From positions 40,279,553 to 40,318,191 of the forward strand of contig NC_068999.1 of assembly GCF_001194135.2 (NCBI RefSeq): 38,639 nucleotides of DNA, given 5' to 3'. The position numbers and the translations under genes are program-made. Every line of letters starts with the position of its first letter. Within the stretch, counting starts at the first letter, position 1. Below the pieces are notes generated by a model. The model ran no database searches. It was not told the DNA's origin and worked only from the letters and a program-made list of their open reading frames with translations. Below are positions 21,837 to 34,959 of this stretch, one piece after another. This DNA is from Octopus bimaculoides. Lineage: Eukaryota.

Positions 21837-24663
21837 GGATCTAATCGAATTCCACTTTACCACAACCGGAGCAACAGAAGAAACATAAATTATATTAACT
21901 TCTGTCCAAATATTAGAATAAAATTAACATAAATTAACATAAAGTTAACATGAATTCAAGACAAATTATATGTACAGCTATTTTGGATGACATATATATA
22001 TTTCTTGATTTATTTTTAAATCGTAAAGAAAAACGAGTTTATATTTTCAAGTTGATTACAAATTACCAGTTGCACGATCAATCATCACAGACAAAATTGA
22101 AGACCCAAACAAGCATGCTTGTTCAGGAGGCTGTAATTTCGATATTTTGTTGTCCCCTTTTTTGTATCAGCTAACTGTCATGATGTTTTGCGTTGTTGTC
22201 CCATGTTTGTATTTGTTATATACAAAGATATAGCAGCGTACGAACACTTTGGTCTCTTATATGTAAGTGTATTGCTTGAAGCTCACTTTCTTCCTACACC
22301 TCCATGTTTGAATCTGACATTTATGTGTGAGTGTGTGAGAGTGTAATGTATGTGGGTTGTGCGCACGCGACGACATATTTTAGTAGATACAATTACATGC
22401 ACACTCACACACACACACACCGCATACACACACATACATACATACAGGGATCTAAATATAGGAAACTTGTACGCATCAAGCAGTCCGTGGGAAGTATAGA
22501 AAACAAAGGGTGGACAGAGTACTATCGGGAGCAATAACCTTTATTGGATCCGAACGTTTTTCCCATATCGAAGTTATGATGAAATTCGATAATCTGAACG
22601 TTCCTGTATTGCTCACGGTTAGCAACTAAAGTTGCTACAAAGCCGAATACAAATTCAAATTGACGAAGTAGAACGGGAAAAACATAGGCTACATATGTTT
22701 CTCAGTCAGCTGATTGGCTGACGTAATAATTACTCAACGACGGTTATTCAACACAACTTATCATGAGGCTGAGTTTGCCTTAATAGAATGACGGTTACAT
22801 TGTCGCTTTGAATTTCCGAGTTGTCGTACCACAGACTTCAATTCACATCTGTGGCTAGTTAACTTGGAAATACACGCGCGCTCACATATAGTGATATTTT
22901 ATTTAGTAATGTCTTCAGAAATTAGTTGTATTTGTTTAACTTTAGTTATAATCCCTTGAACGTATAATATACTTTCGTATGCATGATATATTTAACCCTG
23001 GGAAAGCGTGGAACTTAACCGTTGTCATAGAATTTGCAGTATTGTTCTATTTAACATGTTTTTAGTATCTTTTTAAACAGAATGTATCGTAGGCATAGCC
23101 ATGCATAGATATGCCTATGACTGGTATGTTTTGTATCAAAATGCTTTCTTTCCGAGATTATCTGGGTCATAGAAACTAAGTCCTTAACACCCGGCATTTT
23201 CTCTGCTTACCTATCGTATCTATTTACAAATGCGACTTATGAATAAAAAAAAATTTATCTAATCCAGAACCACAGCGTATTGCAATGGTTGATAGCCTGA
23301 ATGATATCCTACATACTCTGTAAGAATAGTATTTCGTCTCAATATGTGAAATCCCCTTAAGAAAAAATAAATAAAAATTAAAATGAATGACTAGAATTTC
23401 AAACAATTACAGCCGATTATTGGTCAGAAAAAAATCTAACTTAACAGCCTTGCTAATATCAATACAGAGATAGAAATAGAAACATATAAGAGTAGAGAGA
23501 AAAAAATCTTCCCATTAATTGTACAATGAAGCTCTAATTGTACCACATGGTGCGCTAAATTATCCTCCATCTAATCGATTAACAGACCGAAAAGTCGTGT
23601 TGAGTTTGTATTGAAGAGAGAAAAATAAGGGGAAATTACAACTGACATAACTCAAACTGAGTTGCGTGAAGAGCGAAAGAAGGAAACATCATAATAGTTC
23701 TTTAATTTAACAAAATCTTTCTGCAATGTCAGGATTTTTGCAAGGAAGCAATACAAAGAAATAAGGAGGAAAAGAACAAGAGAATTGATCAGGTAGCTTG
23801 CTGCGATGATTACTTTATTAGAACTAAAATGAATTCCGATAATGTAAATGCTAAATTATTTCAATCCATATTCCTGAATATTGATGATCTTCTTCCTGTA
23901 ATTGATGCATTATGGGTTGGAGTGGCACATGGTGCGTCATTTAGCAACAATTACACAGAAAGGAACACAAAACAGTTAGGTGAACTTAATTTTAATTTTA
24001 AGCCACATCATTGAGATTTATGTTACCAAAAGCACAACAACAAAAAAAGCAGATACGTCAGAGTATTGTATTTCATTTACTAGAAAATATTATCGATGTG
24101 CACATAACGGAAAACAGGAATTTGGTACAGATTACATGACCCTGTTGTTAAGTAGTTCGCTTTGTGACCTTTCCCGCAACTCAGAATTTAGGCATGTGTG
24201 TTTGCTATATTTTCTGGACAACTGAATTAGATGGACATTCCAGAAATAGACCATTAACCATTGCGCATTCCAGCACCACTCTCTGGTTGTTGCGTGCCTT
24301 TAGTAAAATCACTATTAACCACAGGCTGTGTGCTTGAAAAGTTCGTTTTGCAGACAAGTGATTTTGGGGTTAGTTCCCCAGCGTAGCACTTGTGTGTCGT
24401 CTATTATGACCCCGGCGCCCTTGCCCCTTGAGAAGGAATTTTGTTGACAGAAACGGAACCTAAGTCCAAAACTATAATATATGCAAATCTGTGATTGCGT
24501 GTGCAAGACTCCTTGAATTCGTGATTTTTCCACCACCATATCTTGTTAACCAGTGTTGGTATGTTTATGTCCATCTAACTTAGTGATTCTGCAAAATAGA
24601 ACGAAAATATGCTAACCATAATATTTTTTATGTAATGTATTCATTTGGTTCAACTACAACCAT

Positions 24664-24715
24664 ATAGGTGATACTCCAGCACGGCCGCAGTGCAATTACA
24701 GGAACAATGAAAACG
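24664..24715 (+). mobile_element. SINE family 1 tail fragment
   Basis: GGTGATACTCCAGCACGGCCGCAGT resembles 936-970. Confidence 0.55.
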
Positions 24716-25102
24716 ATAAAAATCTATTGCAAACATTCGACCAGAGGATTAATTCCTCTTTTTCGCACGAGATCATACAAAATAACATAGATTGTGTCTT
24801 CCTCACCTCACTGAATCATTATGTAGAAAGATGTGGGTGGAAATTGGTTCAGCAAAATTGAAAGACCTTTATAGTTAAGCTCCCATTTCGAGATATCGTG
24901 ATATTGATTTTCATTTTTTTTTAATGAAAATGATATCGATTAATTAAACACCTGTTACACAATTGTCTTTAATTCGCTCACATATATTTGTCTCATTTAT
25001 TGAATTCTGGAAATATAATGTAAACAGCAATGTAGATCTTAATTCAATTAAAATGGGTAATTTCACCATATTCTTTCGTGTGGAGAAGATACAGTATCCA
25101 AA

Positions 25103-25350
25103 ATTGCATAAACTGACACTTCGTCAGTTACGAGGACGAGTGTTGCAGTTGATCCGATCAACAGAAGATCCTGCTCGTGAGATTAACGTGCAAGAATTCC
25201 ACAGAAAGTTACAAGGTTGGCCCTTTCAATTGCAAATACAGTTTGGCAGCCGAGTAGAGTGAAGCAACGTGAAATAAAGTGTCTTCTTCAAGGACACAAC
25301 GCACCGCCGGGAATCGAACACATGGCCTTACGACTGTGAGTGCAATGCTC
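25103..25350 (-). mobile_element. tRNA-derived SINE (family 3)
   Basis: Minus strand has B-box GTTCGATTCCCGG, then GTGTCCTTGAAGAAGACACTTTATTTCACGTTGCT, and tail TTGATCGGATCAACTG..CGTAACTGACG, resembling a recalled octopus SINE. Confidence 0.8.
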
Positions 25351-25423
25351 GAACAAATAAGATATTCGCGTTCACATAATAGTACATGTATCAAAATGTT
25401 GTGTTCATTACGTTTTTGCTAAG

Positions 25424-25540
25424 TTAGCGGGTTGGCACAATATACTGATAGAATATGTACCAGGCTTAAAATTAAATTCTGAATTTGTTTTATTCGACTA
25501 AATGCTATAAGTGTGTGCCCCAGTAAATGACGGAGACAGA
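25424..25540 (+). mobile_element. SINE family 1 3' fragment
   Basis: TTAGCGGGTTGGCACAA..GATAGAATATGTACCAGGCTTA matches 856-900. Confidence 0.65.
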
Positions 25541-26924
25541 AAGATATGCTAATACAAAGGGTATCTATGTAGACTGCCTACCATTTCTGCCTTATGACAA
25601 ACATTCTCATTTAAACCTGGAGTTTGGGAGAAATACTCCATCTTCAAGTGTGGTGGGGTGAGTATAATTGAAACGTTCATCTTGTTCTTGCCAGTGGTTT
25701 ATTCTTTTATATTGGGATTAGCTGAAATGCGAACTTAAAATCTTAATTATTCTTACGCTAAACCGTATGTAGCCTCTTAGTCTAAAAGATTCTCTCTGTA
25801 CGACCAGTATAGCTATTTGATAGATCATCTCAGTGAATCTGAAACACAATTCATAAAACAAATTCGATAAAATCTTAAACGTTCCGGGAATACCTGGTAA
25901 CAGCAATAACTATAAAAATTGTTACAAATATCCATGACATTAATATAAGAATGCAAAGGCAATATATGAATAGATACAGTTTTATTAAACTCTTCTGTAG
26001 AGGCGATATAATGATGAACTGTGCAATTATTATTAAGCACATCAAGACATAGTTCAATTGACGTAATATCTTCTTTCAATATCCTTTATGGCCTTCCAGT
26101 GTTTCCTTAAACATTCCAATTATCAACTCATGTAGTCCCAAAGGAGCTGATTTACAATGCGATTTTAAGAGACTGATATGTTAATATATAACACCATAGA
26201 ATTAAACTGTTTGCAATTTCTATATACAATATATTTCATTTACTAGAGATATTGTGTGAAGATTGATATTAACAGTAAGACCACGCTTTGAGATTATATC
26301 TAAAACACGTTTCTTTCAACATGTATTATGAAGACTCTTCTTCTCTATAACAAGTCTGCTATTGTTTTGGCGTTGTCTGGTTCAGAACCTGTCATAATTG
26401 ATTTGTATTATGACAACTTAATTTGCGAAAACCAATAGCGAGACAAAGAAAACGGTGCCCTTGTCTGCTAGTCGAGCAGAAATTTTCATTATTTACGATA
26501 ATGTGATTTAATTAGGATTTCATGTTGAGCTAAAATAATTTCTAAATATCCAATAATTACAGTATATAAACATATAACGCTGATCCAACCAATTTAAAAT
26601 ACAAAGATATTTGCCCAAACAAAGGATGTTATTTTGAATATAACCTTACTGTTATATGCTAAGTTGTTCTTCGTTCACTGGTGATATGAAACGTCTATAG
26701 CTCAGTACGCAGCGATTTATAACTGTAACTTCACCGAACTGTATAGTGAAGAGCTGAATCTTATAAAAAAGTAACATTAAGGATTATAGTGGGACGAGAA
26801 ACTCTGACCAATTTGTTGTTGTGCTTCAAAAAGAGGATTATGTATAAAAAAAGCCGGGCTTTTTTCATTGGCCAGCAAAAATGCTGCTAATGCTTTCTCT
26901 AGTTACATATATATCCTTCATTGT

Positions 26925-27022
26925 GAGAAAGAAGAGAGAGAGAAAGGGAGAGAGAGAGAGAGGGAGAGAGAGAGAGAGGGAGAGAGAGAGAGAGGGAGAG
27001 AGAGAGTGTGTGTGCGTGTGTA
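26925..27022. repeat. (GA)n/(GAGG) then (GT)n microsatellite
   Basis: Directly visible. Confidence 0.95.
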
Positions 27023-27330
27023 TGCATTTGTGCGGCAGTTTAATATTTGTTAAAGTAGTATAACCGATGATATCATCCTTAGTTCTTTCCTGGCATTATG
27101 TTTTGTGAGCCCTGGAAGGATGAAATACAAAATTTATATAGGTGTGATTTGAGCTGGTACATTAACAAAAGGCAATGACCGAACAACTCTGCAAGTTCTC
27201 CGCTTTCGGATGATAAATTTAATAGCAACGACCAATTCAATATTCGAATTTGAATAATATTATAAAGGTGGGTGGTCAAGTCGAATAAAAATTTGATATA
27301 TATCACATTTGAATAAATATCAATTTTGTA

Positions 27331-27513
27331 TTGTATTATAACACAACAGATGATTCACAAATTGTAAAATTGATTTTAAACAATGGCAAAAGCAACAGGT
27401 TTCGGATGGCGTATGTTTATAGACGACCAAATTACACTAATACCGAACTAATATTTACTTCTTTAACTTTTGGTGATGGAAGTCAAATTTGCCCCCGTGC
27501 GTCTTTGAAATAG
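27331..27513 (+). mobile_element. Possible LINE apurinic-endonuclease remnant
   Basis: ORF contains VKLILNNGKSNRFRMAYVYRRPN, compared with the EN motif xIxxVYRPP. Confidence 0.35.
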
Positions 27514-28684
27514 GAATGTCATTATCCTAAATACTGGAAGACGCGCGGTTTAGTATTATTCTTTCTCATAGGTAGAAGCTCACAAATTTTGTGTGTATCT
27601 GTAGCTGATTCCATTCTTTATATTGAATCCTACTTGATTTCATTGTTTCCCTCCATGTTCAACGACTAAACTGATTCTAATGTCATCTCAACAGTGAACG
27701 TGAATAAACGGCGGTAAATACTGCGCGTTAAATTGTCGCCCATTCACTGAATTCTTTCACTCCAACGTCATAATCCTACTATAATGGTTTTCACCATAGA
27801 AACGAGGCCCCACATCTTTTTGCAAGGCAAGGGGAATGTGTCGATTACATTCATCCCAGAGGTTAACTAATGAATTAATCCTATTTACTTGTAAAGTGTA
27901 AATGTTGAAATGCATTGTTATATTTCAGCCCCCAAACAGCCGTGAGCTATTGAGAACTATACTCAAAATTCCTTCACTTTACATCATTTCTCATTTTATA
28001 CATAAACCGAGGACAATATTTTCCAATATTTCTTCGCCTCATACTTCAGATTCTGGTAGTTGATATGTAGACGAGGTGGTTGCTATTCCTAGCAAGTCAA
28101 GACAACTTAGAAAATCTTCGGTTTTAGTTCTGTTAAAAGTAAACATATATGACAATTACTAACTTCATATTCTAATTTCAGCAATATTTGGAAGTTATTA
28201 CAAAAATTATAAAGACTCACCCAGCAATTGAATATAAATGAATGTCATATAAGCATGATGACACAACGAATAAATCAGATATAAATAGTGTTAATGACTA
28301 ATGAAACTAAGTATTATTGTATTATTTTATAATATTTCATTCCTTCATTCTCTCGCAAGTATCTCTATCGAATTGAAATGTGCATTTAATGGTAGTTATT
28401 TGATAATAGTATTTTACTTAATTGTATTTCTGCGGACAATGTCAGACAATCAAATTTACGATAAACAGATAAGGGTGTTATCTCTATGATTTGTTTTATC
28501 TGAGATCAGTACACAACTGACAATTCGGAAAACTAATGTACATATATGTTGGTGAAGGTGGTCGACACATCATATATGCAATGAATAAGTTATATTAGGG
28601 GTAAAATTCCCGCCTTGCAAACATTCATTTAAGTGAAACATGGACCTGACATTGGTATTCCTATTAATGTTGTCGAAGGTTTCG

Positions 28685-29525
28685 AGCGAGGTGAATCACT
28701 AAACGTCGGTTAAAATGCTTTGCTGTGTTTGTTCCAGTTCTTTGCTATCTGTGTCGAAATCTTTCTAAGGCCACTTTTGCTTTTCATCCTTCGGGGATGT
28801 ATAAAAAAAAACCTTCCAAACAATTCCTGGGGTCAATACCATTGCGAAACACACCGTCATTAAACGTTGGTCTTCCCTCCAAAGTAATATATTACCTTGT
28901 TGTTTTTGTTGTTGTTGTTGCAGTTGTTGGTGCGTCCAGATAAACTTACATATGATAAAATAAATATATACCATCTTTAAGACGACATCATTTAATGTTC
29001 CCTTATTCCGCCGAGGTCGAATTTGCTTTCATCGTTTCAATAAATAGAGTACTAGTTGCGTAATGGGATCGATCTAATCGACTGGCTCCCTCCCCTTGTG
29101 CCTAGAATAGAAAAGATTATTTAATATTTCCTCAAGGCTGTGAGCTGGCAGAATCGTTAGCACGCTGGACGAATTCTTAGTAGCATTTAACCCATCGCTA
29201 CGATCCTTGTTCAAATTCGGCCAAGGTTGACTTTGTCTTTCATCCCCTCAGTGTCGATAAATTAAGTACCAGTGAAACACTGGGATCGATGTAATCGACA
29301 TACCCCCTCCCCCAAAATTTCAGGCCTTGTGCTTTTATTAGAAAGTATTATGTAATATTTTCTTAAGGCGGCAAGCTGGCAGAATCGATAGCGCGTCGGA
29401 CAAAATGCTCTGCGCCATTTTGCCTGAATTAATATTCTACCAAAGTTGACTTTGCTTTTTGTCCGTTTGAGGGTCGATAAAATAAGTACCAGTTGCGTAC
29501 TAGGGTGGATGTGTTCGACTTACCT
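28685..29525 (+). mobile_element. Head-to-tail cluster of about four SINE family 2 copies
   Basis: Recurring AGCTGGCAGAATCG head (about 29143 and 29374), TTTG(C/T)CTTTCATCC-like core four times, AAGTACCAG motif. Spacing between the last two copies is 231 bp. Confidence 0.8.
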
Positions 29526-30189
29526 CTTGCAGGTCTTGAGCCAAAATTTGAAATCATTCTTTAATATTTCTTTTCGCTGTTTTAATTGATTACAATGTAT
29601 TACGAGGGCAATCTGACGGTAATATCTAGCAGACGAAGCGACTACGCAAATGGTTTCTTTTTCTATCTTAGTGTTATTGTTGCTACCCTTCTTGAGTAAA
29701 CCGGTGAACAAAAGCTAGAAAAAGTGATTATCCTGATTTATTTAATGTTATACTTGCCGAGATATTTTATGGCTACCATGTTTAAACTTGTAACTTTTCA
29801 TGTCTGAGAATATGATTTATTAGATAAACTACTAAATTTCTAGCTCTTGGGAAACCATTTATACAATACCGTCCTGAAAACAATTGCTCGCGGTTAACAT
29901 TTTGTTGTCTCAAACGTATGAAATAAAGTTATACTGTCGTTTTGTAATCATATACGCACACAAAAAAACTACACGCACACGCAGAAGCACACACACACAC
30001 ACACACACACACACATGCACACAAACTCATACACACACTCATAAACACATATTCATACATACCACACACTTAAGCACGCCGAATAAACGCATTCAGAAGA
30101 ACTTTATTAACCGTACTTAGAGAAATTAATATCGATTTATGATAACTACAATTGTATAATGAACGCTGTATACACTTGGAGGTGATTGT

Positions 30190-30199
30190 GGTAGTAGTA

Positions 30200-30254
<55 letters not shown>

Positions 30255-30280
30255 AAGTAGTAGAAGTAGTAGTAGAAGTA
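30190..30280. repeat. (AGT)n/(AGA) trinucleotide repeat
   Basis: Directly visible. Confidence 0.96.
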
Positions 30281-30429
30281 GGGGTTGTATTGATGAAAGC
30301 GGGAGGAGTCTAGCTTCAGGTCACCTTAACTGAAATAACTTATTCGTTCCAATCGGAATCATCCTGATTTTTTTTGGTTGTGTTTTTGGAACGCCCACAT
30401 GTCCATATACTCATATAAGTCCATTATCA

Positions 30430-30554
30430 AACACACACGCACACACACATACACATATATACATATTATGTATACACACGCATATACATATTATATACAC
30501 ACACGCAAGCACACACATACAAACACACAAACACACATACATACACATGCACAC

Positions 30555-30600
<46 letters not shown>
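30430..30600. repeat. Degenerate to pure (CA)n
   Basis: Directly visible. Confidence 0.95.
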
Positions 30601-30604
<4 letters not shown>

Positions 30605-31020
30605 CCTAAAGAGCCAGAAGGAATACGACAAGGTTTGTATCCAAAGCTCCTATGATTCTGCTAGTTCGCTGCCGACGCAATTCACAGTAATAAACCATCA
30701 AATTACCTCACGCGAGATAACCTCCGAATCTACGTCTTTGCAGAACAATCGCTGCCTTATCTCAGATTAAAACTCCAAAGCTTAATGGAGTTGCAATTAT
30801 CAAGCAATGGAGCGTAACACTCGATTGCTTTCATCACCAAACCAGTAACAAAATATAGCAACTCATTATGAAATTGGAAGCACTTCAGATGTCAATAACA
30901 CGAAAGATAGACGGCATGTCAGCATTGACTATTGGGGTAGACTAAAAACAATTCAATCTTTACTCTCTCCAACGCCACCGGAAGTGCTGCAATATTTGTA
31001 TGATGTGAAGAATATTCCAT

Positions 31021-31370
31021 CAATATTTCGCAAATGATGTTGGCATCAATTTTAAAATCCACGCAAGACTTGGCCCCCGTGCTATCCGCACACTACAAAA
31101 ATCAAACTCAGGACACACAACATTACGACACAACTACTTTACCTCAACCGGTCCAGCTCTCTTTCATACCTTATCGACGGAAACGGTTCCCATAAAATCA
31201 AATGTCCACTGGACAAATGTCTTCAAAAAATCCCAGACCAACTTCCTACACCCGGATATGTCTCCAACAATAATAACTCTTTGTTAGAGTCGACCATGGT
31301 ACCGTATATAACTAAAAGACTTCACCAGATGGTGCTATTAAATTAGACATGGCCGAAACATATCAAAGTA
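31021..31370 (+). mobile_element. Non-LTR retrotransposon (LINE) 3' end, frameshifted; clade not assigned
   Basis: QYFANDVGINFKIHARLGPRAIRTLQKSNSGHTTLRHNYFTSTGPALFHTL then LDKCLQKIPDQLPTPGYVSNNNNSLL, typical of the GPxLFNxLP...LDxxLxxIPDxPxxPGY...NSL terminus. Confidence 0.75.
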
Positions 31371-31469
31371 AGCCAAAGCACCAGTAAGAACAGAAATAAC
31401 AGCTTTGACATCAATATTTTGTCCAACAATACTTAAAGCAAAATGCCAAAGCTAATAGGAGACAGGGAA

Positions 31470-31580
31470 TGGGATGACTTTTACTGTTTTCTGAATGTGA
31501 AACTCCGCAACCGAGCTTCAGCAGGAGATATTTGAGGTCAAACATGACGTCGTTGGTTACAATTAACTCATGTGACTGTC
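31470..31580 (+). mobile_element. Possible RTE-like endonuclease N-terminal remnant
   Basis: FYCFLNVKL, frameshift, ELQQEIFEVKHDVVG; compared with TxNVRTL...ELxxxxxDVxGLxE. Confidence 0.25.
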
Positions 31581-32229
31581 ACATGGTGGGAGTATCGGGA
31601 AACAAATAAGCAATACGACCAAGCCTGCTTGGTAAGGAGAGTGGTATTCATAGGACATTTAGCGGAACGGATCACAAAACCTGTCAGAGGGCGAATGAAA
31701 TTTGTACTGGCAGAAACATCCAATGGTTATGAGTCACAGACATTTGGTTATATTTAGAAAGAAAAAGAAAACTAATGTAAACACTGCGATTGCTTTTACA
31801 TTTAATGATATAAAGTGGTTTCTCTGTTCGTGTAAATACCCAGACAGAAAAAAAAAATGACGAGGACTCGAAACTGAGAATCGAAGACTGTACGTCTCAA
31901 ATCTTGGATGAGCACTCTGAATCATTGAGACAAATTTGTTTGCTTTAGAAGCTATAATATTTAGCGTAAAAAAAAAGCTGTTCAGTTATCAGAGGGACTC
32001 ATAACTCACTGGCACAGAGAGAGATCAGCAGGCCTATGAGAGGAAAAGAGTTCGATTCACTATAGCGCCTGCTGCCCTTATTTCGTTTCCGTTTGTAGGG
32101 ACTATTTTCATTGTTATTCTTCTGTGTTCTAGATTTCTGTCATTTATAATCTGTTGCTGTATCTCAGGTAACATGGATGGAATTTAGCATGAATAAAAGA
32201 GTAACGCTGTTAAGAGGGTTGTTAGGGAG

Positions 32230-32500
32230 AAAGATGAGAAATAGTATAAAAAAAGCAATAAAGTATAAAAGAATAAGATACAATAAAGTGGTGGAATTGA
32301 AATGAAGTGAAACAATATGGCATACAATGGAATCAGCAAAGTATCAACAGCAGTGACAACGAAGACAGATGTGCACGTGATAACAAGAACAGCAATAGAA
32401 ACAACTGTCATGGCGGCTACAACAGCGACAACTGCCACAACGGCAATCATACCAGCTGCAACAGCACCAACCACTTCAACAACCACAGCGACAGCAATGA
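32230..32500 (+). repeat. Old degenerate (ACA/GCA)n trinucleotide repeat giving Thr/Ala-rich and Asn-rich ORFs
   Basis: 3-bp periodicity, with substitutions at all three positions. Confidence 0.7.
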
Positions 32501-32764
32501 AAATATCTGGACTGGCACCGCAGACGGAAACTTTAAACGACTAAAGGAGCGACAGTATTAACAAAGAATCAAGAGGGACAAAACCAACAGAAGGAAGAAT
32601 ATTTTGACCTGCCCTACAGCGGGTTGATAGCGGAGAACCAGTAATGAAACACCAGAAGATCTGATAAACAGGGTAACACGGTCAAACACTACTTCGCACA
32701 CACCAACAACACACCAGAAACTTGCTGCTTCACGAAACTTTAAAGATGTTATATCCATGACCTT

Positions 32765-32855
32765 TTACAATATATATATGTAAATATATATATATATATA
32801 TATATATACGTGTATGTGTGTGTGTGTGTGTTTGTATGTATGTATGTATGTATAT
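32765..32855. repeat. (TA)/(TG)/(TATG) compound microsatellite
   Basis: Directly visible. Confidence 0.93.
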
Positions 32856-34959
32856 CCAATAACCTATTAAAGAAAATTAAACCTCCGTGTATTAGACTAC
32901 CTGTATTTTATTCTATATTCACCATATTTTACTTCCCCACCTTATCACATCTTATCCTGTTTTACTTTATTCTATTTTATTCTATCTTACTGTATTTCTT
33001 CTTCTCTTTGTCTTGTAGCTTCATACCAGATCGATATAGATTGCTGCAAGTATTTCAGGAGACACAAGTCTGTTAGGCTTCTAAAGATATGTCGCTGTAT
33101 ACGTATAAATGTTTGTCTATATATATGTATTTAATACGGTTTTCTTTCGACTTGTACTTTATGTCAATATCAGTTATAAATCAAACGATAAACATAGATA
33201 ATCTGAATGAATGATGGATCACCATGCTTAATACTATTATCGTAACTAAATTTACTTAAGTTTAATTCTTAGTAAATAGCTGTTTGGCACTTGACGGGTA
33301 AATTTGTACACCAGTAAAATGTAATTACACACGGTGAAATGTGAATAGAAGAACACGCGTTTTTTAAAAAATTAATTAACGTAAAAGAGATCATCGAAAA
33401 CAGAAATAAAAGAAATATGGAGTAAACAAGCAAATAATTTAATGACAGACATGGTAATTATATTTCGTAATTGAAGATACATTATATACATTTGATATAA
33501 ATATATCTGAAAATGAAAGAGGAGACATTTTCGTTTTTCACAAGCCGAATATGACTATTGTAAGTAGAAAGTATGAGACTAAGAATATATAAGAAAGAAT
33601 ACGAAGAAGTTATCAAGCACAAAAAAAAGAATAGGAAACAAACATTCTATTGCAACATAAAATAGAAAAATAAACATTCACACACAAAGGCAGAAAAACA
33701 ATCACCTGACCGGAAGTGGAGACAAAACTGGAGGTAAGACAAATAGGAATCCAACCGTATAAGATGTATGAGATATAGTTGTCAGAAGAAGTGATCACGT
33801 TTTGTTTCTTACTGCTGTGAGGAAATAAAATTGTAAATATTTTACGAAATGTCAAGCCAATACGCAAACAACAGCATGACTAACAAAATACTGAAAAATA
33901 ATAAACACATCCCATGCTACAAACAGAAGGTTCATCATAATTTTAGTAAGTGGTGGCACCTAATTTCGTCTGTTCGTGAACAATATAACATTTGTAATCA
34001 TAACTAATTGTTAGATAAATATTTATTTGGTGCAACGTAGACGTTACAGGATTGTACGAACAATAGTATTTGAATTTCTATAACTTCAGTATCTAACTGT
34101 ATTTGCACGACAGCATGCTTGTTCAAATCAAAGTAGATTTGAAAAGTGAAATCCTTGACATTTTACAGGTAGCATTATTTTTTCATGAAGGCTATATTTT
34201 CCCATCGTGAATGGTATTCGAATGTTTTGTTCTTTACATTAATAATTAACAGCGAAGTTGCTGTCCAGCAATTTTCTACAATGTATCCTCAAAGTTTGAT
34301 CAACGTATACAAACGGAATGTGGTGATCAGCATAATATCCTGCAATGCACAATTCACTTTGGTCCATTCCCTCCATGTTGACTTATTTTTGGCCATGAAC
34401 TGATTATGTTCATGATGATGATGAGAGTGCTGATGTTTTTACGCACTTGCATAATGGAATGATGCTTAAGATGACGGTGATAATGATTACCTCTCCTTTG
34501 AGGAAATATCTATATCGGAATCTGATTAACTCAATATATGTTGGGTCCATCTTTGAAACAACCTTCAGATATCTGAACTTCATACGGTAGAAATAACAGA
34601 AATAATTTCCCTCTGTTTTCAGTCTTCCAAACTGGAAATGTACGTTTGATAATGTAATACTAGTTGCATAATATTTGACAAAAGCTTGTTTTGTCATAAA
34701 ATTAATAACAAATTCTTATTCAGTTTGCGTTAATATTCCGCATTTGAGACTTCTAAGAATTATGAAATGCTCTCTTCTTTTACGCAATACTTGTAATGTT
34801 TTCTTTTAACGCCTTTATGAATTCACATTCCGTTCTTGTGTGGATTCTTCTTCAATTTTAGATTTAGTGAAGCTAAGTTTTAGTTCTTTGAAATTCGTTT
34901 CTGGATTTTCTCTGTTTTCTTTTATCCAGCTCCTTTACATTTCAAATGCATTCAATGTT

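Noticed and set aside
28685-29525. CRISPR-like repeat-spacer array
   Set aside because: Units are about 230 bp, diverged, and also dispersed in the window as SINEs; eukaryotic context with no cas genes.
29604-29625. TACGAGGG mariner-like start
   Set aside because: Only 8 bp match and no partner inverted repeat found.
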